From Conidiobolus incongruus B7586 (Eukaryota), in NCBI GenBank assembly GCA_000697335.1, contig JNEM01013540.1, positions 1 to 33,882 of the forward strand: a DNA stretch of 33,882 nt, written 5' to 3'. The position numbers were made by a program, and so were the translations under genes. Shown here piece by piece: positions 1-12,604 of this stretch (within the stretch, counting starts at the first letter, position 1; each line of letters opens with the position of its first letter). The notes below the pieces were generated by a model. It was given only the letters and a program-made list of their open reading frames with translations, was not told the DNA's origin and did not search any database.

Positions 1-464
1 AAAAATCAAAAATATATTATTTTTTATGTGATTTATCAATTTAATATAAAATATGATAATAGCCTTATAATATCAGTATATTATTATATTTTGGTTATTA
101 AGATGATAATTTATTCTATAATTATATTTTGTAATATATTTTTTATTATAATATAGCCCTAGAATAGTGACTATATCTTTAAGGTCTTTATTTTAACAAA
201 ATTTATTATACTTTCCTTTATATTATTTATCAATATGGAATAGTTTTTAAACCAATCATTTTATGAATATGTTTTTAATAATAATATAGTTATTTTAGGA
301 AAACCATAATAAAAAATTTAAATTTAAAATACCAAATAAATTGCAAGCAAATTACTCCTCTCTATATTATTAAATACTTACTAAGTATTGGTAAAATCAT
401 AAAAAATTAAAAGTATAATTATATTAATTAAATATATAAGTAAATTTAAAAAATTTTTAATAAA

Positions 465-856
465 ATATTATATTGATGGGAAATAATCTTATCAATCACT
501 CGAGAAACAGCGATTATCACGTTGAATCAAGAAGTCACATTGGACATCACCGATTTCCTGAACTCTAATATAAGATTATCACGAACGAAATAAAGCATAT
601 CTCTTTTATCTTCATTCCAAAAGTATTCAATCTCTAAGTTTTTCTTGTAGCCCTCACAAAAGTGTTGAGTTATGACGAGCGTGAGATATTTTCTTTATAT
701 GAAGAACCCAATTTTCAGTAAGCCATTTTCACCTCATTTTGTGAACCGCATTAACCTCCCCTAACTCTGTGGTAACCTATCGTTTACCACTAGCGATTCC
801 TCATTTAAGCTCTAAAAGTCTATTTCCTCCAACGATTACAGTCATCAATATAATAT
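465..856. repeat. Perfect 14-bp inverted repeat bracketing the structured island
   Basis: ATATTATATTGATG at 465-478 and its exact reverse complement CATCAATATAATAT at 843-856. Confidence 0.85.
479..843 (-). ncRNA. Structured non-coding RNA of about 365 nt with a rod-like fold; best candidate is a divergent SRP (7SL/scR1-type) RNA
   Basis: GC-richer island in very AT-rich DNA with no ORF in the track. Nested helices on the minus strand (plus coordinates): 827-820/479-486, 802-796/502-508, 767-760/524-531, 757-752/532-537, 724-715/543-553, 711-703/558-566, 700-695/568-573, 684-680/579-583. Many pairs are G-U on the minus strand and would be A-C on the plus strand. The 5' end GAC-UGUAAUC-GUU resembles the fungal SRP Alu motif GGC-UGUAAUG-GCU. 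A T6 run lies downstream on the minus strand (453-448). No canonical helix-8 motif was found, so the family call is tentative. Confidence 0.6.
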
Positions 857-1626
857 AAAAACTAAGAATAATTAAATATATAATATTTATAAATATATTT
901 AATATTCTTGATTTATGTTATAAATTAATTTCTATAAAATAAAAATATTTGAATAAAATATAAAATATTAAATAATAAAAATTGAAATTAAGTTTAATTT
1001 ATTCTTGATAGATATTAATAAATAATACATAATATAGTATACTAATTAATATTGAATAAATAAATCAAATAAAATTAATATTATGACTATAATTAGAGAT
1101 TTATTTTATATATCAAAAATTAAATAATTATCAAAATAAAATTAGGAACTTATTATATATTAATTTAAATAAAATATCTTATCAAAATATCAATGATAAT
1201 GATATAGAATGAAATATATTGAAACTTAGATCTTGTTAATAGACTTATATATATAATCTTATTTTATAATATAGTAATATACATTTTTTGTTTATTTCAT
1301 TAAAATTTTGAAAGAAAACTTTAGATTAAGTTGATTGAAATTAAGTAAGTTAATATTGTATTATTTTATACATAGAGTATTTCTTTTACGTAATATAATA
1401 GTTTAATAATATATTATAAGTCTAAATATATACATATATTTTAAAATATTTACTAAAGATAAATAGGCATATAATAATGGATATTGTTATTATATTTGAT
1501 TTTAATTTATATAATTATATTGAAATAATTATAATAATTAAAAAAATCCCAATTTGGTATATCATTTAAGAACTCGTTAAATATTAATTAAACAAATGAA
1601 AAGAATATTAAATTAATAATAATACT

Positions 1627-1648
1627 ATATATATATATATATATATAT
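1627..1648. repeat. (TA)n microsatellite
   Basis: Uninterrupted TA run. Confidence 0.9.
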
Positions 1649-4600
1649 CAATTTTTTTATTTGATATAAATTTTATATTTAATTAGAGAAAATAATATTC
1701 AAATTGGTTGATTGTTAAAATTAAAGTGATTTTGCAATTTGTTAAAAAATAACGTTAATAAAAATTTATATATTTTATTATTACTTAAAATAGAAAAATA
1801 CATTTAAATTTAATGATATTCCCATTTTTTGAAGACTTAAATTAACTAATTTATATTAATTTCGAATTAGAAAAAAAATATGCGATAATTCTATTCAATT
1901 TCTTAATAAATAATGTATGAAAAATAGATAAAATAACATTTACAATTTGAATTATTTAAGTCCAAATTAATAGATATTAATATACAATTGATAATATTTT
2001 ATAAACTAATTTATAAATAGACAATGAGTGAATTGACAATAAAAATATATTTCAAATAGGTGTAATATTAAGTTAGAAACTTGAATTAATATAATATTGA
2101 TCTTCAGGGTATGATATAATAGATATAATAAAGCATTTATAATTTATTAAAATAGCTTTCGGCCACTATTTATTATTTTAAATCAGTTAATTATTAATAT
2201 AAAACTATTTAGATATAGATTATACAATAGAGCTAAATTATTAATATGAGACTATGTCTAGTCATGTAATAAATTCACACTTTGATAATATAAATTTTTG
2301 ATTTCTTATTAATTTTATAATTACCTCTGAAATCACTAATGATATTTATTGAATCCATATCTATAAGTATAAAAATATATTAAATTGAAAATATACAAGT
2401 GTTGAAATTATTTATGAATAAAACCATGATTTAATTATTTTGATACATATAATATCTTTAATATTTTATGCTTCAGAAAATATTTTATATCAGTATTACG
2501 TTATTAACAAAATGCAATTGAATTTTTATGCAAGGATAAATATTTATAAGAATAACAGGTATTTTAGCATTTAAAACTGAAGAAATTAAAATATAATTTT
2601 ACTAAGCTATTATCTACCTTAATTCGCATTAAAAATCAACTGAATCATTTAAATTATTTAATTATTTTAAAATAATTGAAAAGAAACGCAATTGCAGCTG
2701 AACATGTACTGAGGTTAGGAATGAGTGGCAATCATTCATAATGAAAGTATCAATCATTTTTAGATTTTTAACCAATAGTGTTATAACAGAAAAGACATTT
2801 TGTGCTAGTTTATTTTATCTCGTTATTGGGTTATGGCGTTGCATTTTTCAAATATATTAATTAATATACTTAGTTTTGCTTTATCGATGACCATTATCAA
2901 ATGTTAATATTTTTAATAATTTATTAAGGTTTTAAACATTCAGAATTGAAAAATATTATGTAGATGTTAAAATCTTATTACATATATTAATTTAAAAAAT
3001 TTATGATAAGTAATAAATATCCAATATGAGATCCTTTAAAATAAGCAAGTAATATTATTTGAAGTAGTCGTGACATTTGAAAAGTAATATTTTCTTTATA
3101 CATAATAAAATAAAAATATTTAAAAGAAACATACTAGTTCTAGTATTCAGTATAAAATTTCAAAATACTAAAAATGGAGCTCAATTTAATAGAATATGAT
3201 ATAGTAATCCAATTATGACAAAAATAATTAGAAAGAACATGAATCAACCAATATTTTACACATATGTTTTTATGTAATCTGATTAAATATAAATTTTTCA
3301 AATATAATTAGGTTTAAATCTAATATTACTATTGAGATATTTGACTATTGCAAATTGACCCAATAGAAGTTAGCATTCGTAATGCTTTATATTCTGGTAA
3401 TATATGAGAGATAATATATTCAATTGATGATTATAGCTTAATACAATTATCAATATAAAGTGTAAATTAGATAATGACTTCAATATTTTATATAGAATAA
3501 ATATAAAAATTTCCAAATTAAATGAATTATTTAATTATTTTCAACCAATTACTAAAAAAGATAGTTGCGATAAGAATGATAGAATAAATTGAAACAATAC
3601 TCTTAAACCGATATGGAATTAAAGTAAGTTTTATGCAGTTTGCACCTGTTACACTATTATTTTGTGATTTATAGTTTTAAATCAATTATAATTTTCAATT
3701 AAATTATTAACATTAATGCTAAAAAATTAACTTTTATAATGATAAACTTTCAATTTATCGAATGTGGCTAAAATAATATTATCAATAATACTCAATGATA
3801 TTAACTAAAAAATTACTCAGAAATTATAGTTTGTATTATAAAAAGTTGATCCTGTACTTAATTGTTAAAAAATTTACCTGATAATGTGTATTATGTTTAA
3901 ATAATAATCTATCTATGAGAGATGTATATCCAAGCCATTAATACTGAAATTTGGATTAAAACTTCTATTAGACTGTAAATATAGAATTCTATTGGAGTTT
4001 ATATTTATTAATTCGATCGAAAAAAAATATTTTTTTAAATTAAATTGTGGAAACAATTATATTATTATTTGACTAAAATTCAAATAAATTAAATTATAGT
4101 TAATCATGGTTCAATTCAATTAATTTTGTGGAGATAAGCGTTTTATTCTTGTATTCGAAAATTTATAGTAATAATTTATACATTGGTTAAATATTCATAT
4201 AACTTCTTTATATTTAACAGAATTTATCAATGAAAAAACCTTATAGTGTGTTATTTGCAGATTGTTTAATAAAAACACCAAATTGAATCTTAAATCTACA
4301 CGATATATAATTGAACCAAAATAAATTAATCCAATTCTTTTCAATAGTATACAAGTAATGAAAGTTTGATAGCCTTTTAATTATTTTACATTTATGAATT
4401 TATTCCCTTTAATTAATAAATATAAATACTAAAAGATTGAATCACATAGACAATTCTTCTTAATATCATACAGTTTTTAATACTTTGTACAATATCCTGT
4501 GTATGAAATCAGGTTATTAAACAGATATGCTTTAGTATAATTTCTAAATTTGGAAAATTTCCATATTTATTGAATTAAATAAATTTTAGAATGGTACTGA

Positions 4601-4788
4601 TTAATATTGATAAATAATATTTGATATAAATATTACATTATTAATTTTATTTTAAAATTTAAAAATTAGCACAATCAAATAATTCAATGAAAACTAACCT
4701 TAATAAGTAGAATATACTCCTGATTTATTTTGTCAATTATATAAATAATTTTGATTAATACTGTCCAAATAATTTAATAGCTAAAGAA

Positions 4789-4813
4789 ATATATATATAT
4801 ATATATATATATA
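4789..4813. repeat. (AT)n microsatellite
   Basis: Uninterrupted AT run. Confidence 0.9.
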
Positions 4814-6578
4814 ACATAGTTAATTTTTTCTTCATTTTTATATCCTTGTATAATAACGATTTAATTGACTTACCTCACAAATATTAATTTAAAAATGAAT
4901 TAGCTATAAATCAAGATAAGGACACTAGATCTTATCAAATTGATGATATCATATTTATACAAACCAAATATTTGGAATAAATAAAATTAGCTAGTAATAT
5001 CGTCATATTACATACAATAACTTTAATAATAATTATGAAATTTGGTTTTAATATAACTAATAGTATAAAGATTCATTAAATAGCGACTAGTTCATCTAAA
5101 TTTAATGTTTCAATGAACCATTAAATCATCGTTAATATATATTCAGTGATATCATATGGGATTATCACTCGATGATTTCAATTCAAGCTTATTTAAAATA
5201 AACTTTTTTTCAAAAATATATCGTCATAATTAAATATATTATATATCTTATTAATTTACTTGCTATCTTTAACCAACATGATTAATTAATTCCACTAATA
5301 AAATTGAATTTGATCAAGGGAGGCTAGACCTGATGTGATCTTTTGTATAAATATTTTTGAACTGGTTATTGACTAACTGATATTTATTTGACAAATATGA
5401 ACTGTTTTGAGTTGATCACAAACTCGATTGAAATCTTGTTTATGATGTTAATCTAATTTGTAATTAATATACTTTAAATTTTAGATAAACAGCTTTACTA
5501 TCCTAATTAATGAATTCACTATCCTGATCATAATGAGGTTCTACCTTTTCAATATTTGAGCTGCAATTTATTTGGAACGTATGCTAAGTTATTAAATTAA
5601 TAAAAGTGGTTGAATAAGTATTAAAGAAATAATCTTTTAATAGATTCTAATATTAACTAATAACCGAATGGAAATATTCAATATAAAATTAATTAAGATC
5701 TTGAAAGTTTCACACCGATCACTATTTCAAAGTAGTATTTTGTAAAACTCTGACTATAGGTTGAAATAGAGTAAGTTAATTAGATATAAATTGAAAAGAC
5801 GTTATTGGGCAATTAATCGTTATATTAATTCATAAGGGATAAATGTTCAAGTATTATGCAATCACTGGGAAAGAATAAATTATTCATAAAATTTTTATAT
5901 TTTTCGCTAGTCATAATAAATGAAATGGATGCATAAATGGAATTGACCTATAAGGAAATTCAATATTGAATGGTTTTATCGGTGTATTTTAAAAGTAATG
6001 ATTTCATAGCAAGTATTGTAGTTTCAATCTTAATTTAATTAAACAAATTTGATGAATCAGCCTATTTTCTTTAATTGGATCTACAATGGGCTTGTTGAAT
6101 TATTAACAACTGATGAGTTCATATTATGAATCAGACCTTAATCATTAATACATGAACATTTTTTATAAGTTTTTATTCAATTTCAATGTCCGATTCCTTC
6201 CACAAGCTTTATTAGTATTCATCGTATTCTACAAGCTAAATTTCAATTAAATTAATCAAGTATATTGGTATTGTATCTATTAGCTATATATTTATAGGTA
6301 CCGGACATTTTCTAAATATTGTTTTTTTATTATAGTCAGGGGTATTCAAGGAATAGTTGAAAATACAGCATTTATTTAAACTTACATATTCAAAACATAG
6401 ATATGATAAGAAGTGGTGTGTGGATTAAGTTTACAATTCATGAAATCATTATTTTGAAGAATGTTTAATTAGTCAAAAGTTTAAACCAATCAAACAGAAG
6501 CATATTTTGGTATTTAAATCAATCAGTTCACGAAAATAAAAAAAATATAGAATTGGTTGAGACTACTTTAGTAGAACA

Positions 6579-7478
6579 ATGACTGCTTTGAATAAATCCC
6601 AAGTACTTGCCCAAGATTTCATTACTCCTAAGCATAATTCGATTGAGCTTGGAAACTCTAATTTGATCAATCCTTTGAAGACATTCAAGTCTAAAACTCA
6701 AAACCAATTACCTCTCTCTCCACCAAATGACTTCAACTGCTCAAGCATTCGTGAAACCAACCAATTTGACAACATGTACAACAATGTGAATCTTACTCTT
6801 CCCTCAACTCAATTTGACTTGCGTAATGGAATGTGCACAATGAATCAAATGGATCCATTCTTAACATTTGCTGATCTTCCTTGGATCCCAAACTGTGATA
6901 CCAACGGTGTAATTTCCCATCCTACAGCGGATATGATGCAAGAATCAAATGCCATTACCTGGGGTCAGTTGACAATGTCTCCTCAGCAATCTTCCGATTC
7001 AGAAGTCTGTCCCGCTTTCCCTAATCAATCTCAGCTTGCAAACTTTCCCCAGATGTCTTATTCAAATGATTCTGACTTGATGGCAACTGTAGCATCTAAT
7101 CAATGTGAATCCTCTAAAGGGTCTGCCAGCCTTCCCTGTCGCGTTAACTCTCTTCCAACTGCTGGTTCTGGTCAATCGGTAACATCTTCTGGATGTGGTT
7201 CTTCAAAGAATACTAATAAGAAAACTTCTTCAGCCCCTGCCCGCCGTTCCACCACTTCGTCATCTAATAACGCTCCTATAGATAGCCACGAATTGAGACT
7301 TCTGAGAAATAGACAAGCTGCTGCTAAATGTCGTCAAAAGAAGAAGGAATACGTGAAGCGCACTAAGCAGATGATTGAGCAACTGAGCGCAGAGAATGAA
7401 CATTTACAAGAATTTGTTTTGAAATTGAGAGAAGAGATTATTGATATCAAACTCCTTTTAGCTAATGAAAAACACTAA
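6579..7478 (+). CDS. bZIP transcription factor, ATF/CREB (Atf1/Atf21-like) class, 299 aa, intronless
   Basis: Single ORF with coding-like composition. C-terminal basic region RNRQAAAKCRQKKK matches N-x-x-A-A-x-x-C-R and is followed by a leucine zipper (LSAENEHLQEFVLKLREEIIDIKLLL). The N-terminus is S/N/Q/P-rich low complexity. Confidence 0.92.
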   Translation: MTALNKSQVLAQDFITPKHNSIELGNSNLINPLKTFKSKTQNQLPLSPPNDFNCSSIRETNQFDNMYNNVNLTLPSTQFDLRNGMCTMNQMDPFLTFADLPWIPNCDTNGVISHPTADMMQESNAITWGQLTMSPQQSSDSEVCPAFPNQSQLANFPQMSYSNDSDLMATVASNQCESSKGSASLPCRVNSLPTAGSGQSVTSSGCGSSKNTNKKTSSAPARRSTTSSSNNAPIDSHELRLLRNRQAAAKCRQKKKEYVKRTKQMIEQLSAENEHLQEFVLKLREEIIDIKLLLANEKH

Positions 7479-8107
7479 ATTCATTCAAGCTTCAAAGTAT
7501 CCATTCTTCTGCATAATTTCGCTTGGTACCCGATCATTGAGCATCTATTTGACCAGATAAGCTTGAATCCCCCCCCCTTACGCATTCTACAGATATTTGG
7601 TCCTGGTTTGAAACCATTGTAATATTATTTTAAGCATTCAAATATGTAAACTTTAAAATTCTGTATTCGATTATTTGAATATTTGCATGTGATTATTATT
7701 TAAAATTGATTGTTAATAAAATTTTATTTTTAAAATAATTAGTCCCCAGTGTAACTACATCATATAGCATTATGAATCTTTGCTTGGCACAGTTTTTTCA
7801 AGTTTAATTGATGAAAATAGGCATGATTAATTTCAAATTCATTGATATTATTGGATATATACATTTATTAAATCTGATTTCAGCTATGTAATTCCATTTA
7901 TTGAATGTAAGAATTCCAAGTGGAATGAGAAAATGCATTCTATGGATAAAATATATGGTTTACATCACACATCTTGCAAGGAAATTCCATATTTTCTATT
8001 GCTTTTTGAATTTTAATCGAACATTATTTTTATATTCAATACACCACAATTAAGTTTTCTATGGTTCATATTTGTTAAATTATTTGTATATTTTTATTTT
8101 AGCATGT

Positions 8108-8115
8108 TGACGTCA
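8108..8115. promoter_or_regulatory. Perfect CRE palindrome TGACGTCA
   Basis: Exact match to the ATF/CREB site, located between the two bZIP genes. Function is not demonstrated. Confidence 0.3.
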
Positions 8116-9256
8116 TTTAGAAATAATTTGAAATTTCACACAATTAGAGATAAAGATTCACAATCTCTCTTTCAAACAATTGGTAAAATTGAACTAATAT
8201 AAAACTTAAGATTAAACTTTGGTTATTAAAACTTTTTATAAATACACTCCTTTGCTTTGTCAATTATATTAAAAAAATTAATAAATTAGGAAACAATATA
8301 TAATGAAAATTGATAAGTTTAATATTATTCAATATTATTATTTTTTTTCAATAATATTGTACTATTAAAATGAAAAGTTTGAAACATCATATTATATATA
8401 AATAGTATGAAAGTTAATATAATTATGAAAAAAAAATTTCTTTTATTGAATAAATTCAATTAATATAAAATTGATTTAAAAATTATTATGACACTAAATT
8501 AATTAACACTTGAATAATTTGAATATAAAATTTGAAACTATAATTGTAAAATTCTGTTGGAATATAGATAGTACATATTGAACTCTTGCGAATAACCAGA
8601 ACGTTTGAGCTTCAAACCTATTTACCATTTGTTATTGTTATAAAACATTTGATATAGCACATATCAAAAAACATACTGATCTTTTAAAGGAAATTATTGG
8701 TTTGTACTATTCTTTCAATAATTTGATAAAATTATTAATCTTATTCTTTTGTTCTGTGTTAACTTAATTATGCATTCTTGGTGTATACTATTTAATCAAT
8801 ATGAACCAATCAATCTTAAGAATATTATATAGTACAATAACTGAAAATGATCCAATTAATAATACTTTGTATGATTATATATATTTACTCCTAATCAAAT
8901 AATTTGAAAATTATATCATATTTCATTTTGATTGTAATAATCTTAATTACTAAGAATTTGAAATAAATGAATTTTATAATTTCATTATTTAAAAAATAAA
9001 GAATGATTATAAATAATATATATATTATTTCTGATCTAAATTCACTTAGTATTTACAATAATCCATTTATTATATCATTTTCAAAGTCATATATTACAGA
9101 TAAATAAATAATTAATTCAATTCGTGATAATACTGTATCAAGAAAATTTTTATTAATTTTAATCTATATTGACTGAAATTGTTAGTAATAAAACCATATT
9201 TATATCATTTTTAAAATATAAACCCGATATCACTAAAATGTTTAAACCTGAATGCT

Positions 9257-9279
9257 TAATAATAATAATAATAATAATA

Positions 9280-9310
<31 letters not shown>
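9257..9310. repeat. Compound microsatellite (TAA)n(TA)n
   Basis: A TAA run is directly followed by a TA run. It produces the spurious ORF 9159-9353. Confidence 0.9.
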
Positions 9311-12300
9311 TTTGTATATACCATTGAATTTTCCAAAAACAATTAAATTTCATAGTTAACTATGATGAGTATAATTCAATACATATATATTTAATTCTAT
9401 TTTTTAAACCATAAATCATGGAATTTGCACAGTATTTTTAACTTATAATTGATATTGATTATTAAATTTAATCCACTCTCGAATATCCACATCTAAATTC
9501 ATCTCAGATTTTATCCTGATTTAATACTCCACTAGATTTTTTTTAACTTTTGAGTTTTATTTATTCATAAATACCATAATATTTGATATTGTTTATAGGA
9601 ACATAAATATAATTAGATATAAATACTATTAATTGATAGAAACATTATAATATTATCTATGATGAAGATTCGAATTATTTTTTAATAATAATATGATATT
9701 TTCGATATTAAATATAAATTGAAAAAAAGCATTACTCTTTTAGTTCAAACTCCTAAAATATCCCATAACTCGAGGTCAAAAATATTGTTCAAGCTCGGGT
9801 CAATTATGATCACTTGGGATTATTTAATAGAGCTATATTCTTTGGTAATACTTAAGATATTGATTATATTAATTGTACATTCTATCATTTATTTCAATAG
9901 GATATTTTCTCATTAAACTTCAAATTGATTGTGATTTATCAAAAATTTCCAAATGAATTGCATAATTTCATTAATTCAAAATGGTATATAATTAATAGAT
10001 TTTATGATCCTATTATTTATTATAATTGTTTGTATATAACTAACATAATTTGATTAATTAAAAATGATAGGATATTTCATCATAATATTTATAATATATG
10101 ATAAATTATAAACAATTTTAATCAACTATTATATTAACTAACTTAAAACATGAATAGTATAAATTTGAATTAAAATTAATGATAAAATATAATAAATATA
10201 ACAATTATATTGTATAAATTATATTAAATAATAGGAAATTCTTTATCTAATATAATTCATAAATTATTGATAGCATAGGATAAATATAAAAATATACATA
10301 TGTCAATAGTTATATTTGGAAAGTTGACGGAAAATACTTAAAAAATATTGAAATTTCAATACAGTATTCAATATTAACCCAGGTTTTTGTTATAAAATAT
10401 CTTATTGGTTAAAATTTTAAGTGCATATTATTTAATAAACATAATTAGGTCTGATTTTTTATTTAATAATCAAGATAGTACTAATTAGATGATTTGATAT
10501 AAAATTGCATATTTGTTTGATGAATATAGTTATTAAACTATCAAAAATTATGTATGATGAAATTTATAAAATCAAAGAATAATTAAATCATATTATTTAT
10601 CAGTAAAACATCAATCAAATATTCATTTTGAAATTAAACATAGTCAAAATTCCAATAATAATAAATGATTTCATAATTTTCAACTTTGTTCCAAATAGTA
10701 CTAAATTTAATATCAAAGAGGTATAATTTGAAATGACCGAGCATAACTCTATTCAATCATTATTTGAGGAAGATGATTGATTAATTAAATAAGGGTTTAT
10801 CAAATAATAAATATTTGATATATCACTTAGAGTATTAACTGTAACCACATGTGTTCTGATTACTTAAATTAAAGTTAATCTATCCTTATGATAAACTATG
10901 ACTTAATTTTTAAACTTTAATTTTATATATTATTTTATAATTTTACTTTTCAAGTAGGGGGATTAATGGAACATACTCTGCTTTTCCAATTATCTTAATC
11001 ATCCATACACATATCTTAATTATGCAAGAAAATAAATATAATAATATACCAATATTTAACTGTATACATTTGAATAATTATCAGGATAGTAGGATAATTG
11101 ATATTGAATTATAAATTTAATATTGTAGATTGAAACAATTGATAAATTTATTTTATATAGTTTATAATACTTGTTTTAGCAGATTTGAAAAAGATAGATT
11201 AGATCATAAAACTAAGTGATATGATATTATTTGAGGTATGCCGATCATCAACTTTATTTGGATCGAATCATATAAGGCGATCAAATATAATTCATTTAAT
11301 ATATATATTTATATAAGTAATTTCACATCATTCAACTTGATAGTATATTAAAAACTCTTTATGACATCATTTTATAGGTGAAATGAAATCATTTAATCCT
11401 TTTTCTTGAATAATCAAACTAATAATTATTAGTACTCATTGGAAAAATAATATTCATATTGACTATAAAATTTAAATCAGTAAAGTTAATAAATAATAAC
11501 TGAAAATAGTTAAAAAAAACTTTTCTCTATAAAATTCCAATATGATCTAAACTATCCTATCGATCAAATTGTCACTATGAACCAATTGCTATCAAAAATA
11601 ATCTCTATATAACCTTTATTTTTAAAAAAAAAATATTAAATTAATTTATAATTTAATATTATTTGGTTTTTATGCTTGAGAATTGAAGATTAAATGTAGA
11701 ATGGATATTTAATTAGTTTAATTATATATCGGAATAAAATATTTTATCCTTGATTAGATCATTATACTACATTTTAAAAATAATTTTGGATATAATTGGA
11801 GCCAAATTGTTATGATTGATGAAAACAACACATCAATTTATAATAAATTTACACTAAAAGGATTATTAGATATATATTCAATAGTCAAACTTAAAATAAT
11901 TAGATATATAATTTACACAATGCTTAAAATATTATATTTTTCTTAATATATATAATTTTTTTCTTAAATATGAGATAATTTTAATTATTGAATAGTTAAA
12001 ATATTTATTTAATAATTTAAAATTAAATTCAAACTTTTTTTTGAAAAATATACCTTTTACAATAAAAACATATATGTATATATACTAGATTTATCCGTTT
12101 TATTATTATCTAACTCGGCAGTTTAAATTGCTAGAAAATTAATCTGTTCATAATTAAAACCAATAAAATTTGATACCAAAAGCGGTCGATATTGTCTTGA
12201 AAACGTTGTATGAATACTTCAATTATAACTTATATACAAATATATTTATGATGTATCTTGACCGAATTATTACATCAAATATGATTGATTAATCAATTTG

Positions 12301-12604
12301 AAAATAAATCTATAAAAAAATAATATTGATGTTAAATATATTAACTATAAACAGCTAAATCCAATAAAATGGATCATTTTCAAGGGTTTTTATTGCTAAA
12401 ACTTTTGATAAAAACTGATTCCTTGTCATTTCTTCTTTATTATTGGATTTATTTTTTAAAATTCTGCATTTTTATAAATTGATTAAGGGGATTGGATAAA
12501 AATATCTTATTTTTTTTAATTAAAATATTAAAAATTGAGTATATAAATTGATTCGACGTATCATTCAACTTTAATCAATTTTAATATCTTAAAATTAATT
12601 CACT

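Noticed and set aside
752..765. TAACCTCCCCTAAC looks like a 1.4-repeat telomerase RNA template (repeat TTAGGGGAGG)
   Set aside because: It would need a plus-strand RNA, but G-U asymmetry favours the minus strand, where this segment is base-paired. No downstream pseudoknot was seen and the telomere repeat is unknown.
789..802. Minus-strand GAGGAATCGCTAGT resembles SSU rRNA; RNase P/MRP and U3 were also considered for the island
   Set aside because: The similarity does not extend beyond about 14 nt. The P4 strands of RNase P/MRP and the U3 box A/A' are not present in the right order.
502..844. Hairpin-ribozyme-like words AGAAACA, AGAAGTCA and ACAGTC (viroid-like idea)
   Set aside because: The loop-B partner strand (GUAUAUUAC-like) and the required H1 pairing are absent. 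No hammerhead CUGANGA core occurs on either strand.
6110..6137. CTGATGAG followed by a stem, like a hammerhead core
   Set aside because: The stem is followed by CAGA rather than GAAA, and stems I and III are missing.
7440..7540. Possible Ire1-type unconventional intron after the bZIP domain (HAC1/XBP1-like)
   Set aside because: No paired CNG/CNGN stem-loops were seen, and the basic region is ATF/CREB-like rather than Hac1-like.
9159..9916. ORFs 9159-9353 (-) and 9719-9916 (+)
   Set aside because: They derive from a microsatellite or AT-rich low-complexity DNA and give I/Y/L-rich translations with no motifs.
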